From the NCBI GenBank assembly GCA_044866005.1, contig JBIOTN010000099.1:1-17097 (forward strand): a stretch of DNA of 17,097 nucleotides. The letters are read 5' to 3'. The position numbers and the translations under genes are program-made. This document shows, piece after piece, positions 7,286 to 14,950 of the stretch. Numbering within the stretch: the first letter of the stretch is position 1; each line of letters begins with the position of its first letter. This stretch comes from Candidatus Rokuibacteriota bacterium. GTDB lineage: Bacteria; Methylomirabilota; Methylomirabilia; Rokubacteriales; DASRDR01. The notes below the pieces were generated by a model that was not told the DNA's origin, ran no database searches, and was given only the letters and a program-made list of their open reading frames with translations.

Positions 7286-9426
7286 GCGCCGCAGCCGTCA
7301 TGGGACAGCCGGTGAGCCGCGTCGACGGCGGGATGAAGGTCACCGGCGGCGCCCGGTACGCCGCCGAGTTCGCCCCGGGCCCGCCGCTCGCCCACGGGGT
7401 CGTCGTGGAGAGCACGATCGCCCGGGGCCGGATCGTCGCCATCGACACCGCCCCGGCCGAGCAGGCGCCGGGGGTCCTCGCCGTGCTGACGCACCGCACG
7501 GCGCCGAAGCTCCCCTACCGCCAGCACAAGGCGGTCGTCGATCCCGCCGACGGCGAGCGCCTCCACGTGCTCCAGGACGCGCGCGTCCATCACCACGGCC
7601 AGCCCGTCGCGCTCGTCGTCGCCGAGACCCTCGAGCAGGCCACGCACGGCGCCTCCCTGGTGCGGGTGACCTACCGCGAGCGGCCGGCGGTGACGGACTT
7701 CGCCCGCGCGGCGACGCGCGGCGTGCCGCCCGGCCCCGGCGGCAAGGAGGCCGGCCAGCCGGGCGGGACGCGTCGGGGCGCCGCCGCCGCCCTGAAGCGC
7801 GCCGCCGTGCGGGTCGAGGCGGACTACGTCATCCCGCGCGAGAGCCACAACCCCATCGAGCCGCACGCCACGATCGCCGCCTGGGACGGCGACCGGCTCA
7901 CGCTCTGGGACAAGACGCAGTGGGTGGGCAACGTGCGCGACGAGATGGCGGCCGTCTTCGGCCTCCCGCCCGAGACCATCCGCGTCATCTCGCCCTTCGT
8001 GGGGGGCGCCTTCGGCTCGGGCCTCCGGCCCTGGCCGCACGTCACGCTCGCGGCGATGGCGGCGCGCCACGTGGGCCGGCCGGTGAAGGTGGTCCTGACC
8101 CGGCGCCAGATGTACGGCGGCACCGGGTACCGCCCCCGCACCGCGCAGCGCGTCGCCCTCGGCGCGGACCGGGACGGCCGGCTGGTCGCCATCCGTCACG
8201 AAGGCGTGGCCGAGACCTCGACGTACGAGCAGTACGCCGAGAACCTGCTCGGGGCGACGCGCTTCCTCTACGCCTGCCCGAACGTGACGACCCGCTACCG
8301 GCTCGCCCGGATGAGCGTGAACGCGCCCACCCCCATGCGCGCGCCGGGCGAGGTGAGCGGCGTCTTCGCGCTCGAGTGCGCGATGGACGAGCTCGCCGTG
8401 GCCCTGGCGGTGGATCCCGTCGAGCTGCGCCTCCGCAACGACGCCACGCGCGACGAGCACGAGGACCGGCCGTTCTCCAGCCGGGCCCTGCGCGAGTGCT
8501 TCCACCTGGCCGCCGACCGCTTCGGGTGGGCGCGCCGCGACCCGCGGCCGGCCTCGATGCGCGACAGGCAGGGCCGCCTGGTGGGGTACGGGTGCGCCGC
8601 GGCGACCTACCCGGTGTACGTCCAGGCGGCGAGCGCCCGGACGCTTCTCCTCCCCGACGGCTCCGCCGTCGTGTCGACCGCGACGAGCGACATGGGGCCG
8701 GGCACCTACACCTCGATGACCCAGGTCGCGGCCGAGACGCTCGGCCTGCCGCTGGACCGGGTGCGCGTGGAGCTCGGCGACACGCGGCTGCCGACGGCCC
8801 CGGTCCATGGCGGCTCCATGACCATGGCGAGCGTCGGCTCGGCCGTGCAGGCCGCCTGCGCCGAGGCCAGACGCCGGGCGCTGACGCGGGCCGGACAGCC
8901 CGACGCCGGGCTGGCCGACGTCATGCGGCGGCTCGGCCAGCCGATCGAGGCCACCGCCACGACCGACCCCGGGGAGGCGTCGAGCCGCTACTCCATGCAC
9001 GCCTTCGGCGCCGTCTTCGCCGAGGTCGCGGTCGACCCGGCCCTGGGCACGGCGCGCGTGCCCCGCCTGGTCGGGGCGTACGGCGCGGGCCGGATCGTCA
9101 ACCCGAAGATGGCCCGCAGCCAGGCGATGGGGGGCATGGTGATGGGGATCGGGATGGCACTCATGGAGGAGACCGTCGTCGACCCCCGCACCGGGCGGGT
9201 GGTGAACGGCAACCTCGCCGAGTACCTGGTGCCGGTGAGCGCGGACGTCGGCGCGCTCGACGTGAGCTTCGTCGAGGAGCACGACCCCCACGTCAACCCG
9301 CTCGGCGTCAAGGGCGTCGCCGAGCTGGCCCTGGTCGGCGTCGCCGCGGCGATCGCCAACGCCGTCTACCACGCCACGGGGCGGCGGGTGCGCGAGCTGC
9401 CGATCACGCCGGACAGGCTCCTGTAA
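7282..9426 (+). CDS. paoC: Molybdopterin-binding subunit (PaoC/YagR-like, xanthine oxidase family)
   Basis: RVDG.KVTG.A.YA, HNPIEPH, GGAFGS, PMRAPGE, DMGPG, GGS and GVKGVAE (catalytic Glu). GTGA overlap with paoB; alternative start ATG 7300. Confidence 0.92.
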   Translation: MSAAAVMGQPVSRVDGGMKVTGGARYAAEFAPGPPLAHGVVVESTIARGRIVAIDTAPAEQAPGVLAVLTHRTAPKLPYRQHKAVVDPADGERLHVLQDARVHHHGQPVALVVAETLEQATHGASLVRVTYRERPAVTDFARAATRGVPPGPGGKEAGQPGGTRRGAAAALKRAAVRVEADYVIPRESHNPIEPHATIAAWDGDRLTLWDKTQWVGNVRDEMAAVFGLPPETIRVISPFVGGAFGSGLRPWPHVTLAAMAARHVGRPVKVVLTRRQMYGGTGYRPRTAQRVALGADRDGRLVAIRHEGVAETSTYEQYAENLLGATRFLYACPNVTTRYRLARMSVNAPTPMRAPGEVSGVFALECAMDELAVALAVDPVELRLRNDATRDEHEDRPFSSRALRECFHLAADRFGWARRDPRPASMRDRQGRLVGYGCAAATYPVYVQAASARTLLLPDGSAVVSTATSDMGPGTYTSMTQVAAETLGLPLDRVRVELGDTRLPTAPVHGGSMTMASVGSAVQAACAEARRRALTRAGQPDAGLADVMRRLGQPIEATATTDPGEASSRYSMHAFGAVFAEVAVDPALGTARVPRLVGAYGAGRIVNPKMARSQAMGGMVMGIGMALMEETVVDPRTGRVVNGNLAEYLVPVSADVGALDVSFVEEHDPHVNPLGVKGVAELALVGVAAAIANAVYHATGRRVRELPITPDRLL

Positions 9427-9489
9427 GCCATCGGGCGGGGGCGGGCGCGCGATCCGCGTCCGGCTGACCGTGGAGCACTCACCGGGTGG

Positions 9490-9506
9490 TGTCTTTTTAG
9501 GCGACA
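9490..9506. promoter_or_regulatory. Candidate enhancer (bEBP UAS) palindrome TGTC-N9-GACA
   Basis: TGTCTTTTTAGGCGACA is a dyad with an AT-rich centre, ending 130 bp upstream of the -24 GG at 9636. Confidence 0.4.
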
Positions 9507-9634
9507 ACTCGCCGGTGACCGGGGCCGCCGGGTGCCCAGACCGCGCCGGCGCCGTCGGGGCGGCGCCTCGCAACCCGCGGCGCCACCGCCAGATTTTCCC
9601 GCGCCTCCGCGACGGCTCCGCCCGGCGCCGCACG

Positions 9635-9650
9635 TGGCACTGGTCTTGAA
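9635..9650 (+). promoter_or_regulatory. Candidate sigma54 promoter for the small membrane protein
   Basis: TGGCAC-N5-TTGAA has a perfect -24 box and a GG-N10-GA variant -12 box. It is 50 bp upstream of ATG 9700. Confidence 0.55.
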
Positions 9651-9699
9651 TGACCCAGGGCAGCCGTCCCGAGTGGGACAGCGCCAGGAGGAGGTCGTC

Positions 9700-9894
9700 A
9701 TGGGCGGTCCGTGGAAGGAGCGGGGGTTTGATCCCGTCGGGTGGCGTCCACCGGCGGGGCGTGTCCAGGCGAGCGGCGAGGCGATCGGCTCGCAGGGCGC
9801 GCGCGATTACGTCGTCGGGATCGTCATCGGCTACGTGGCCTCGGTCCTGACCTCGATCGTCATCATGCTCACCGTTCTGAAGACCGGCTGGTAG
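9700..9894 (+). CDS. Small (64 aa) single-pass membrane protein, hypothetical
   Basis: Very strong SD AGGAGGAGG, 5 nt before ATG 9700. Third codon positions are predominantly G/C. C-terminal hydrophobic helix VVGIVIGYVASVLTSIVIMLTVL is followed by KTGW-stop. Confidence 0.7.
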   Translation: MGGPWKERGFDPVGWRPPAGRVQASGEAIGSQGARDYVVGIVIGYVASVLTSIVIMLTVLKTGW

Positions 9895-10060
9895 CCGGCT
9901 CGCCGGCCGGCTGCCCGGGCCCACGCCGAGGCTCGGGGCAGTCCCGCCGTGGCCGGGCGCGCGCGCGGGGTCGCGCGCCGTCGCTCCGGCTGACCTTCCA
10001 CGCCGCGGCCCCGACTCTCCCGTTCCTGCTGCGAATTTCCCGTGTCCCTCCCCGCTCGCC

Positions 10061-10089
10061 TTGACCCCCTTCCGACCGGCCAGTAGAAT
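10061..10089 (+). promoter_or_regulatory. sigma70-type promoter for the FmdB/GNAT/GT cluster
   Basis: TTGACC (10061-10066), 17-bp spacer, TAGAAT (10084-10089). SD GGAGGA at 10097-10102. Confidence 0.75.
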
Positions 10090-10106
10090 GCCGAGCGGAG
10101 GACGCG

Positions 10107-10478
10107 GTGCCCATCTACGAGTACCAGTGCGCGGACTGCCGCCGGCCGGTGAGCCTGCTGGTCATGCGCATCTCGGATCCCGGGACCCCCCGCTGTCCCC
10201 GCTGCGGCGGGGAGCGCCTCACGCGCCTGCTGTCCCGGTTCACGACGGTCCGGTCCGAGGACGACCGGCTCGACGCCCTCGCCGACCCGAGCCAGCTCGG
10301 CAACGTGGACGAGAGCGACCCGCAGAGCGTCGCCCGCTGGATGAAGAAGATGGGCGGCGAGCTGGGGGAGGACGTCGGCGAGGACTGGGACTCCATGGTG
10401 GACGAAGCCGTGGAGCAGGAAGAGCTCGGCGGCGCTGGCGAGGGCGCGGAGGCCGCCGACGCCGGGGACGAGCTGTAA
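10107..10478 (+). CDS. FmdB family zinc-ribbon protein (putative regulator)
   Basis: MPIYEYQCADC...CPRCG...RLLS signature and an acidic C-terminal helical region (DPQSVARWMKKMGGELGED). Confidence 0.88.
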   Translation: MPIYEYQCADCRRPVSLLVMRISDPGTPRCPRCGGERLTRLLSRFTTVRSEDDRLDALADPSQLGNVDESDPQSVARWMKKMGGELGEDVGEDWDSMVDEAVEQEELGGAGEGAEAADAGDEL

Positions 10479-10572
10479 GCCGGCCGCCGCGGGCCCTGCG
10501 CCGACGGAGCCGCATCCCGCCCACACGAGCCGCCGTCCCAAAGCCGGGGAAGGGGATGCGAGGATCCCGTCG

Positions 10573-11568
10573 GTGAGGGTGGAGCGGCTCCCCGCCTGGG
10601 GGGCGCTGGGCCTGGGCGAGCCGGCCTGGAACGGGCTTTTGTCCGGCTCCCACACCGACGTCCCGTTCCTCACCTGGCAGTTCCAGACCACCTGGTGGCG
10701 GCTCCTCGGGCAGGGCCCCCTCCACCTCCTGGGGGTCCAGGACAGCGCCGGCGAGTGGGCCGGCCTCCTGCCCCTCTACGAGACGGCGAGCCCGGCCGGT
10801 CCCGTGCGTCGCCTGGTCGGCGGCCTCGAGGTCGCCGACTATCTGGACGTCATCGCGCGCCGCGGCCACGAGGAGGCGGTGTGGAAGGCGCTCCTCGGGG
10901 CGCTCGGCCGGGGGGAGTGGCGGGCGCTCGACCTCCGGCCGATCCCGGCGGCGTCGCCGACGGCGACGCTCGTCCCCACCCTCGCGCGGGCGGCGGGCCT
11001 GGCCTGTCGCGTGGAGCGTGAGGAGCGCTGTCCCGTCATCGAGCTGCCCGGCTCCTGGGAGGCGTACCTCGCCGGCCTGTCCGGCAAGGACCGCCACGAG
11101 CTCCGGCGGAAGCTCCGGCGGGCCGAGGCCGCGCGGCCGCGGGTCGAATCGGCCCGGACGCCGGCCGCGATGGCCGCGCTGCTCGACAGCTTCCTCGCCC
11201 TCCACCGGAAGTCCAAGGCCGGCAAGGCGCGCTTCATGGACGACCGGATGGCCGGCTTCTTCTGCGAGGTCGCGGCCGCGCTCGCGGGGAAGGGCTGGGC
11301 GGCCCTCTGGCTCCTCTGGCTCGAGGACCGGCCCGCCGCGGCGCTCTTCTGCCTGGAATACGGCGGGACGGTCGGCCTCTACAACTCCGGCTTCGACCCG
11401 GCCGCCCGCGCGCTCTCGCCGGGCGTGATCCTGATCGCGCGGACCATCGAGGACGCGATCGCCCGCGGCTTCCGCCGGTACGACTTCCTCCGCGGCGACG
11501 AGCCCTACAAGTACGGCTTCGGCGCCCTGCCGACCGACGTGCTCCGCGTCACGGTGGAGCGCGCGTGA
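10573..11568 (+). CDS. GNAT family protein of CelD/BcsL (Acetyltransf_6) type
   Basis: PFLTW, ADYLD, SWEAYLAGLSGKDRHELRRKLRR, YNSGFDP, SPG and YDFLRGDEPYK motifs. Confidence 0.85.
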   Translation: MRVERLPAWGALGLGEPAWNGLLSGSHTDVPFLTWQFQTTWWRLLGQGPLHLLGVQDSAGEWAGLLPLYETASPAGPVRRLVGGLEVADYLDVIARRGHEEAVWKALLGALGRGEWRALDLRPIPAASPTATLVPTLARAAGLACRVEREERCPVIELPGSWEAYLAGLSGKDRHELRRKLRRAEAARPRVESARTPAAMAALLDSFLALHRKSKAGKARFMDDRMAGFFCEVAAALAGKGWAALWLLWLEDRPAAALFCLEYGGTVGLYNSGFDPAARALSPGVILIARTIEDAIARGFRRYDFLRGDEPYKYGFGALPTDVLRVTVERA

Positions 11569-12842
11569 GTTGCCCCGGGACCCGCGTCGCCTTGCTCTCC
11601 GTCCACACCTGCCCGCTGGCCGCCCTCGGCGGCAAGGAGACGGGCGGGATGAACGTCTACGTCCGCGAGCTCGGCCGGGAGCTCGGCCGCCTCGGGCTCG
11701 GCGTGGACGTCTTCACGCGGAGCCAGGATCCGACGGTCCCGGAGGTCGTGGCGCTCGGCGAGGGCGCGCGCGTGGTCCACCTCCCCGCCGGACCGGCGCG
11801 GCCCCTGCCGCGGAGCGCCGTGGCCGCGCATCTCGAGGCCTTCGTCGAGGCGCTCGAGCGCTTCCGTCGCCGCGCGGGGCTCGAGTACGCGCTGATCCAC
11901 AGCCACTACTGGCTGTCGGGCGTCGCCGCGCTCGAGCTCCGTCGCCGGTGGCGCCGGCCCGTCGTCCACATGTTCCACACGCTCGGCGCCCTGAAGAACG
12001 CGGTCGCGCGGACGCCCGCGGAGCGCGAGCCCGACGGCCGCCTGCGCGCGGAGACGCGGGTCGCGCGCGCGGTGGACCGTCTGGTGGCGGCGAACCCGGT
12101 CGAGCGCGCGCACCTCGCCTGGTACTGCGGCGCCGACGTGGCGCGCGTCCGGATCATCCCCTGCGGCGTGGACCTGGAGCTCTTCCGGCCGGCCGCCGCG
12201 CCCGCGGCCCGGGCGCGGCTCGGCCTCGACGCCGAGCGCGTGCTCCTCTTCGTGGGGCGCCTCCTGCCGATCAAGGGCCTGGAGACGCTGCTCCACGCCG
12301 TGGCCGCGGCAAAGCGGAACGGCCTCGGGCGCACCGACGTGCGGCTCGTCGTCGTGGGCGGCGACAAGGAGGAGCACTGGGACGGCGACCTCGCCCGGTT
12401 CCGCCAGCTGGCGGACGCCCTCGGGGTCGGAGGCTGCGTGGACTTCCGGGGACCCCAGCCGCAGGACGCGCTGCCGGATTACTACGCCGCGGCGGATCTC
12501 TGTCTCATGCCGTCCCTCTACGAGTCCTTCGGGATGGTCGCGCTCGAGGCGATGGCCTGCGGCGTGCCGGTCATCGGCTCGCGGGTCGGCGGCCTCGCGG
12601 CGACCATCCAGGACGGCACGACCGGGCTGCTCGTGCCCGAGGGCGACGCCGGCGCGCTGGCCGAGGGGATCTCCGACCTGCTCGGGAACGACGGGCGCCG
12701 CCGGCGGCTGGGCGCGCAAGCCGTCGAGTGGGCGCGGCGCTTCGCCTGGCCGTGCGTCGCCCGACGGGTGGCCGACCTCTACGCCGAGCTCGTGCCCGAT
12801 TTGCGCGGGGCCGTCGGCGCCTCGCGCTGCCCGGCACCCTAG
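11565..12842 (+). CDS. mshA: MshA-like GT4 glycosyltransferase (D-inositol-3-phosphate glycosyltransferase family)
   Basis: SVHTCPL...GGMNVYVREL, HSHYWLSG, HTLG..K, FVGR...IKG and ESFGMVALEAMACG. GTGA overlap with the GNAT gene. Family assignment is strong; substrate is uncertain. Confidence 0.75.
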   Translation: MSCPGTRVALLSVHTCPLAALGGKETGGMNVYVRELGRELGRLGLGVDVFTRSQDPTVPEVVALGEGARVVHLPAGPARPLPRSAVAAHLEAFVEALERFRRRAGLEYALIHSHYWLSGVAALELRRRWRRPVVHMFHTLGALKNAVARTPAEREPDGRLRAETRVARAVDRLVAANPVERAHLAWYCGADVARVRIIPCGVDLELFRPAAAPAARARLGLDAERVLLFVGRLLPIKGLETLLHAVAAAKRNGLGRTDVRLVVVGGDKEEHWDGDLARFRQLADALGVGGCVDFRGPQPQDALPDYYAAADLCLMPSLYESFGMVALEAMACGVPVIGSRVGGLAATIQDGTTGLLVPEGDAGALAEGISDLLGNDGRRRRLGAQAVEWARRFAWPCVARRVADLYAELVPDLRGAVGASRCPAP

Positions 12843-12992
12843 GGTGCTCGGGGGGGCCCCAAAAGACGTCGCCGGCCGAGACCGGCGGGGTGGGCGCGCC
12901 TGGCCGGCCGGGTCCGCTCCGCCACAGGCTCGCCTGCTCGGCGGTCGGGTCGCCGGGCCCGTCACCGGCCTGCTGCACGGAATCGGCTCGGT

Positions 12993-13010
12993 CCGGCCCT
13001 TCGGGGCCGG
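12993..13010. terminator. GC-rich hairpin between convergent genes (possible terminator or 3'-end stabiliser)
   Basis: CCGGCCC-TTCG-GGGCCGG, a 7-bp stem with a cUUCGg loop on +, located 3 nt after the RDD stop. No U-tract. Confidence 0.35.
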
Positions 13011-13013
13011 TGA

Positions 13014-13706
13014 CTAGAGGTCGGCTTTCCGGTAGACGGCCGTCCCGAAGGCCCGATCATGCAGGGCCTGGCGCGCCGCGCCGAAGGCGAAGAGGCAGCC
13101 GACCCAGACGAGGAGCGCTCCCAGCCCGCCCACGGCCCTCAGGACCTCGATGCCGGAGAGGAGGGCGAGCATCGCCAGCAGATACAGGACGTTCTTCACG
13201 ACGTAACGGCCGAAGAGCTGGCCCAGGCCGGCCCTCGCGCCGTCGGCGTTGCGGATGCGGAGGCCGAGGAGCAGCTTCCCCAGGCTGAAGCCGCCGAGCG
13301 CCTCGGTGAGGGTGTAGGCCGTGCCGAGGAACGGCAGGACGAAGCCCGCCACGTCCATCGCGCCCACCAGGGCCGGCCAGCCCAACAGTAGGGCGAAGAG
13401 GACGAAGGCGGCGCCGACGATGCCCGAGGGGCCCAGGAGCGCGCCGAGGCCGTCGCCGAACACCGCACCGCCGACGAGGCCCGCGGCCAGCGAGAGCAGC
13501 ATGACGAGGATGCCGTCGAGGCTAAACGCCAGCCACCGCCGGAGCACGCCGACACGCCGGTCCACGCCGCGGGCGCGTGTCCGGGCCGGGCGCGCCGCCG
13601 GCGTGCCCGCCGGCACGGCCACGGCGGGGGCGGCGCTCCGACCGCCGCCGGACCAGAGACCGCCAACCAGGTCGTCCGCGCGCATCGGCCGCTTGTCGTC
13701 GCTCAT
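13014..13706 (-). CDS. RDD family membrane protein
   Basis: RRWLAFSLD, SLGKLLLGLRI and QALHDRAFGTAVY motifs with hydrophobic helices. ATG 13706 has a GGAAGG SD; alternative start GTG 13736. Confidence 0.85.
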   Translation of the reverse strand: MSDDKRPMRADDLVGGLWSGGGRSAAPAVAVPAGTPAARPARTRARGVDRRVGVLRRWLAFSLDGILVMLLSLAAGLVGGAVFGDGLGALLGPSGIVGAAFVLFALLLGWPALVGAMDVAGFVLPFLGTAYTLTEALGGFSLGKLLLGLRIRNADGARAGLGQLFGRYVVKNVLYLLAMLALLSGIEVLRAVGGLGALLVWVGCLFAFGAARQALHDRAFGTAVYRKADL

Positions 13707-13767
13707 GGCTGCCTTCCCCGCGTTCGGAATTGCCACGCGTGCGCCGGGCGGTGTCCGCGGTGGCCGG

Positions 13768-13797
13768 AGTCTAGGGGAGGCGCCGCGGGGCTGTCAA
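13768..13797 (-). promoter_or_regulatory. sigma70-type promoter for the RDD gene
   Basis: Minus strand TTGACA (13797-13792), 18-bp spacer, TAGACT (13773-13768). Confidence 0.65.
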
Positions 13798-13855
13798 GGG
13801 CGCCGGCACCGATCCCGGCTGCGCGGCGGACCGGCCGGGCACCGGGGGGCGCGGC

Positions 13856-14758
13856 CTACTGGGTCCGCAGCCGGGGGTCGAGCGCGTCGCGGAGGGAGTC
13901 GCCGAAGAGGTTGAAGGCGAAGACGGCGAGGCTGATCGCGAGCCCCGGGAAGACGCCCATCCAGGGCGCGGCCTCCGCGAACTGGACCGCGGCGCCGCGC
14001 AGCATGAGCCCCCACGCCGGCGTCGGCTCGGCCACGCCGAGCCCGAGGAAGGAGAGCGAGGCCTCCAGGAGGATGGCCTGCCCGAGGTACGCGGTCAGCA
14101 TGATGAGGTAGGGCGCCATCACGTTCGGGAGCATGTGCCGCAGGATGATCCGGCGATGGCGGAACCCCGCGGCGCGCGCCGCGTCCACGTACGGCAGCTC
14201 GCGGATGGAGAGCGCGCTCGACCGGGCGACGAGCGCGGCCCGCGGGATCATGGGGATCGTGATGGCCAGGATCACGTTGGTCACGCCGGTGCCGAGGATG
14301 GCGACGACGGCGAGCGCCAGGATGATCAGCGGGAAGGCGAGGAAGACGTCCATCACGCGCTGGAGGAGGAGGTCGATCTTCCCCCCGAAGTACGCGCTGG
14401 TGACGCCGATGACGGTCCCCACCGTGGCGCCGACGAAGGCGCAGGCGAAGCCGACCAGCATCGCCGTGCGCGAGCCGAAGACGATGCGCGAGAGCACGTC
14501 GCGGCCGAAGGCGTCCGTGCCGAGCCAGTGCGCCTGGCTCGGGGCGGCGAGCATCGCGCCGTAGTCGGTGGAGAGCGGGTCGAACGGCGCGAGGACGTCG
14601 GCGCCGACGGCGACGAGGAGGTTCAGCAGGACGACGGCGGCCCCCACCGCCCCCAGCGGGCGCCGCCGGCAGAAGTCGACGAGGGCGCGCGTCCACCGCG
14701 CCCGCCCCTCGACTGCCGGGATCTCGCCGACCGCCTCCACCGACCTTCCGATCGCCAT
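13856..14758 (-). CDS. Peptide/nickel (Dpp/Opp/Gsi) ABC transporter permease, DppC-like
   Basis: HWLGTDAFGRDVLSR, EAA loop YVDAARAAG, RHMLPN, LSFLGLG and GDSLRDALDPR. Start at ATG 14758 with GGGAGG upstream. Confidence 0.92.
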   Translation of the reverse strand: MAIGRSVEAVGEIPAVEGRARWTRALVDFCRRRPLGAVGAAVVLLNLLVAVGADVLAPFDPLSTDYGAMLAAPSQAHWLGTDAFGRDVLSRIVFGSRTAMLVGFACAFVGATVGTVIGVTSAYFGGKIDLLLQRVMDVFLAFPLIILALAVVAILGTGVTNVILAITIPMIPRAALVARSSALSIRELPYVDAARAAGFRHRRIILRHMLPNVMAPYLIMLTAYLGQAILLEASLSFLGLGVAEPTPAWGLMLRGAAVQFAEAAPWMGVFPGLAISLAVFAFNLFGDSLRDALDPRLRTQ

Positions 14759-14827
14759 TTCAGGCCGAGCCTCCCACGGCCCCCGCATCGCGGGGCCACG
14801 ACCGAGCAGGACCACGTCCCAACGGCG

Positions 14828-14944
14828 GCCTCATCATCGGGCTGCCGTCTCCCGGGGGGAGGCAGGCCCGAGGCCTTCGCCGAAGGGCGAAGGCCGCGGC
14901 TTCGCCGCGAGGGCCGTCGGAAGGGGGGCGGAGCCCCCCTCCGA
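14828..14944 (-). repeat. Structured intergenic repeat, copy A
   Basis: 14851-14921 matches 15965-16035 at 67/71. It contains three hairpins, and its tail 14828-14842 is shared with copy C. Confidence 0.85.
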
Positions 14945-14950
14945 CGAACA

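Noticed and set aside
9700..9894. Flp/type IV pilin identity for the small protein
   Set aside because: There is no prepilin cleavage Gly followed by Glu at +5 and Tyr at +6. The hydrophobic helix is at the extreme C-terminus, and no tad/pil genes are nearby.
14828..14842. Hammerhead ribozyme core (GAUGAG)
   Set aside because: The sequence is AUGAUGA or ACGAUGA rather than CUGANGA, and no GAAA follows a stem II.
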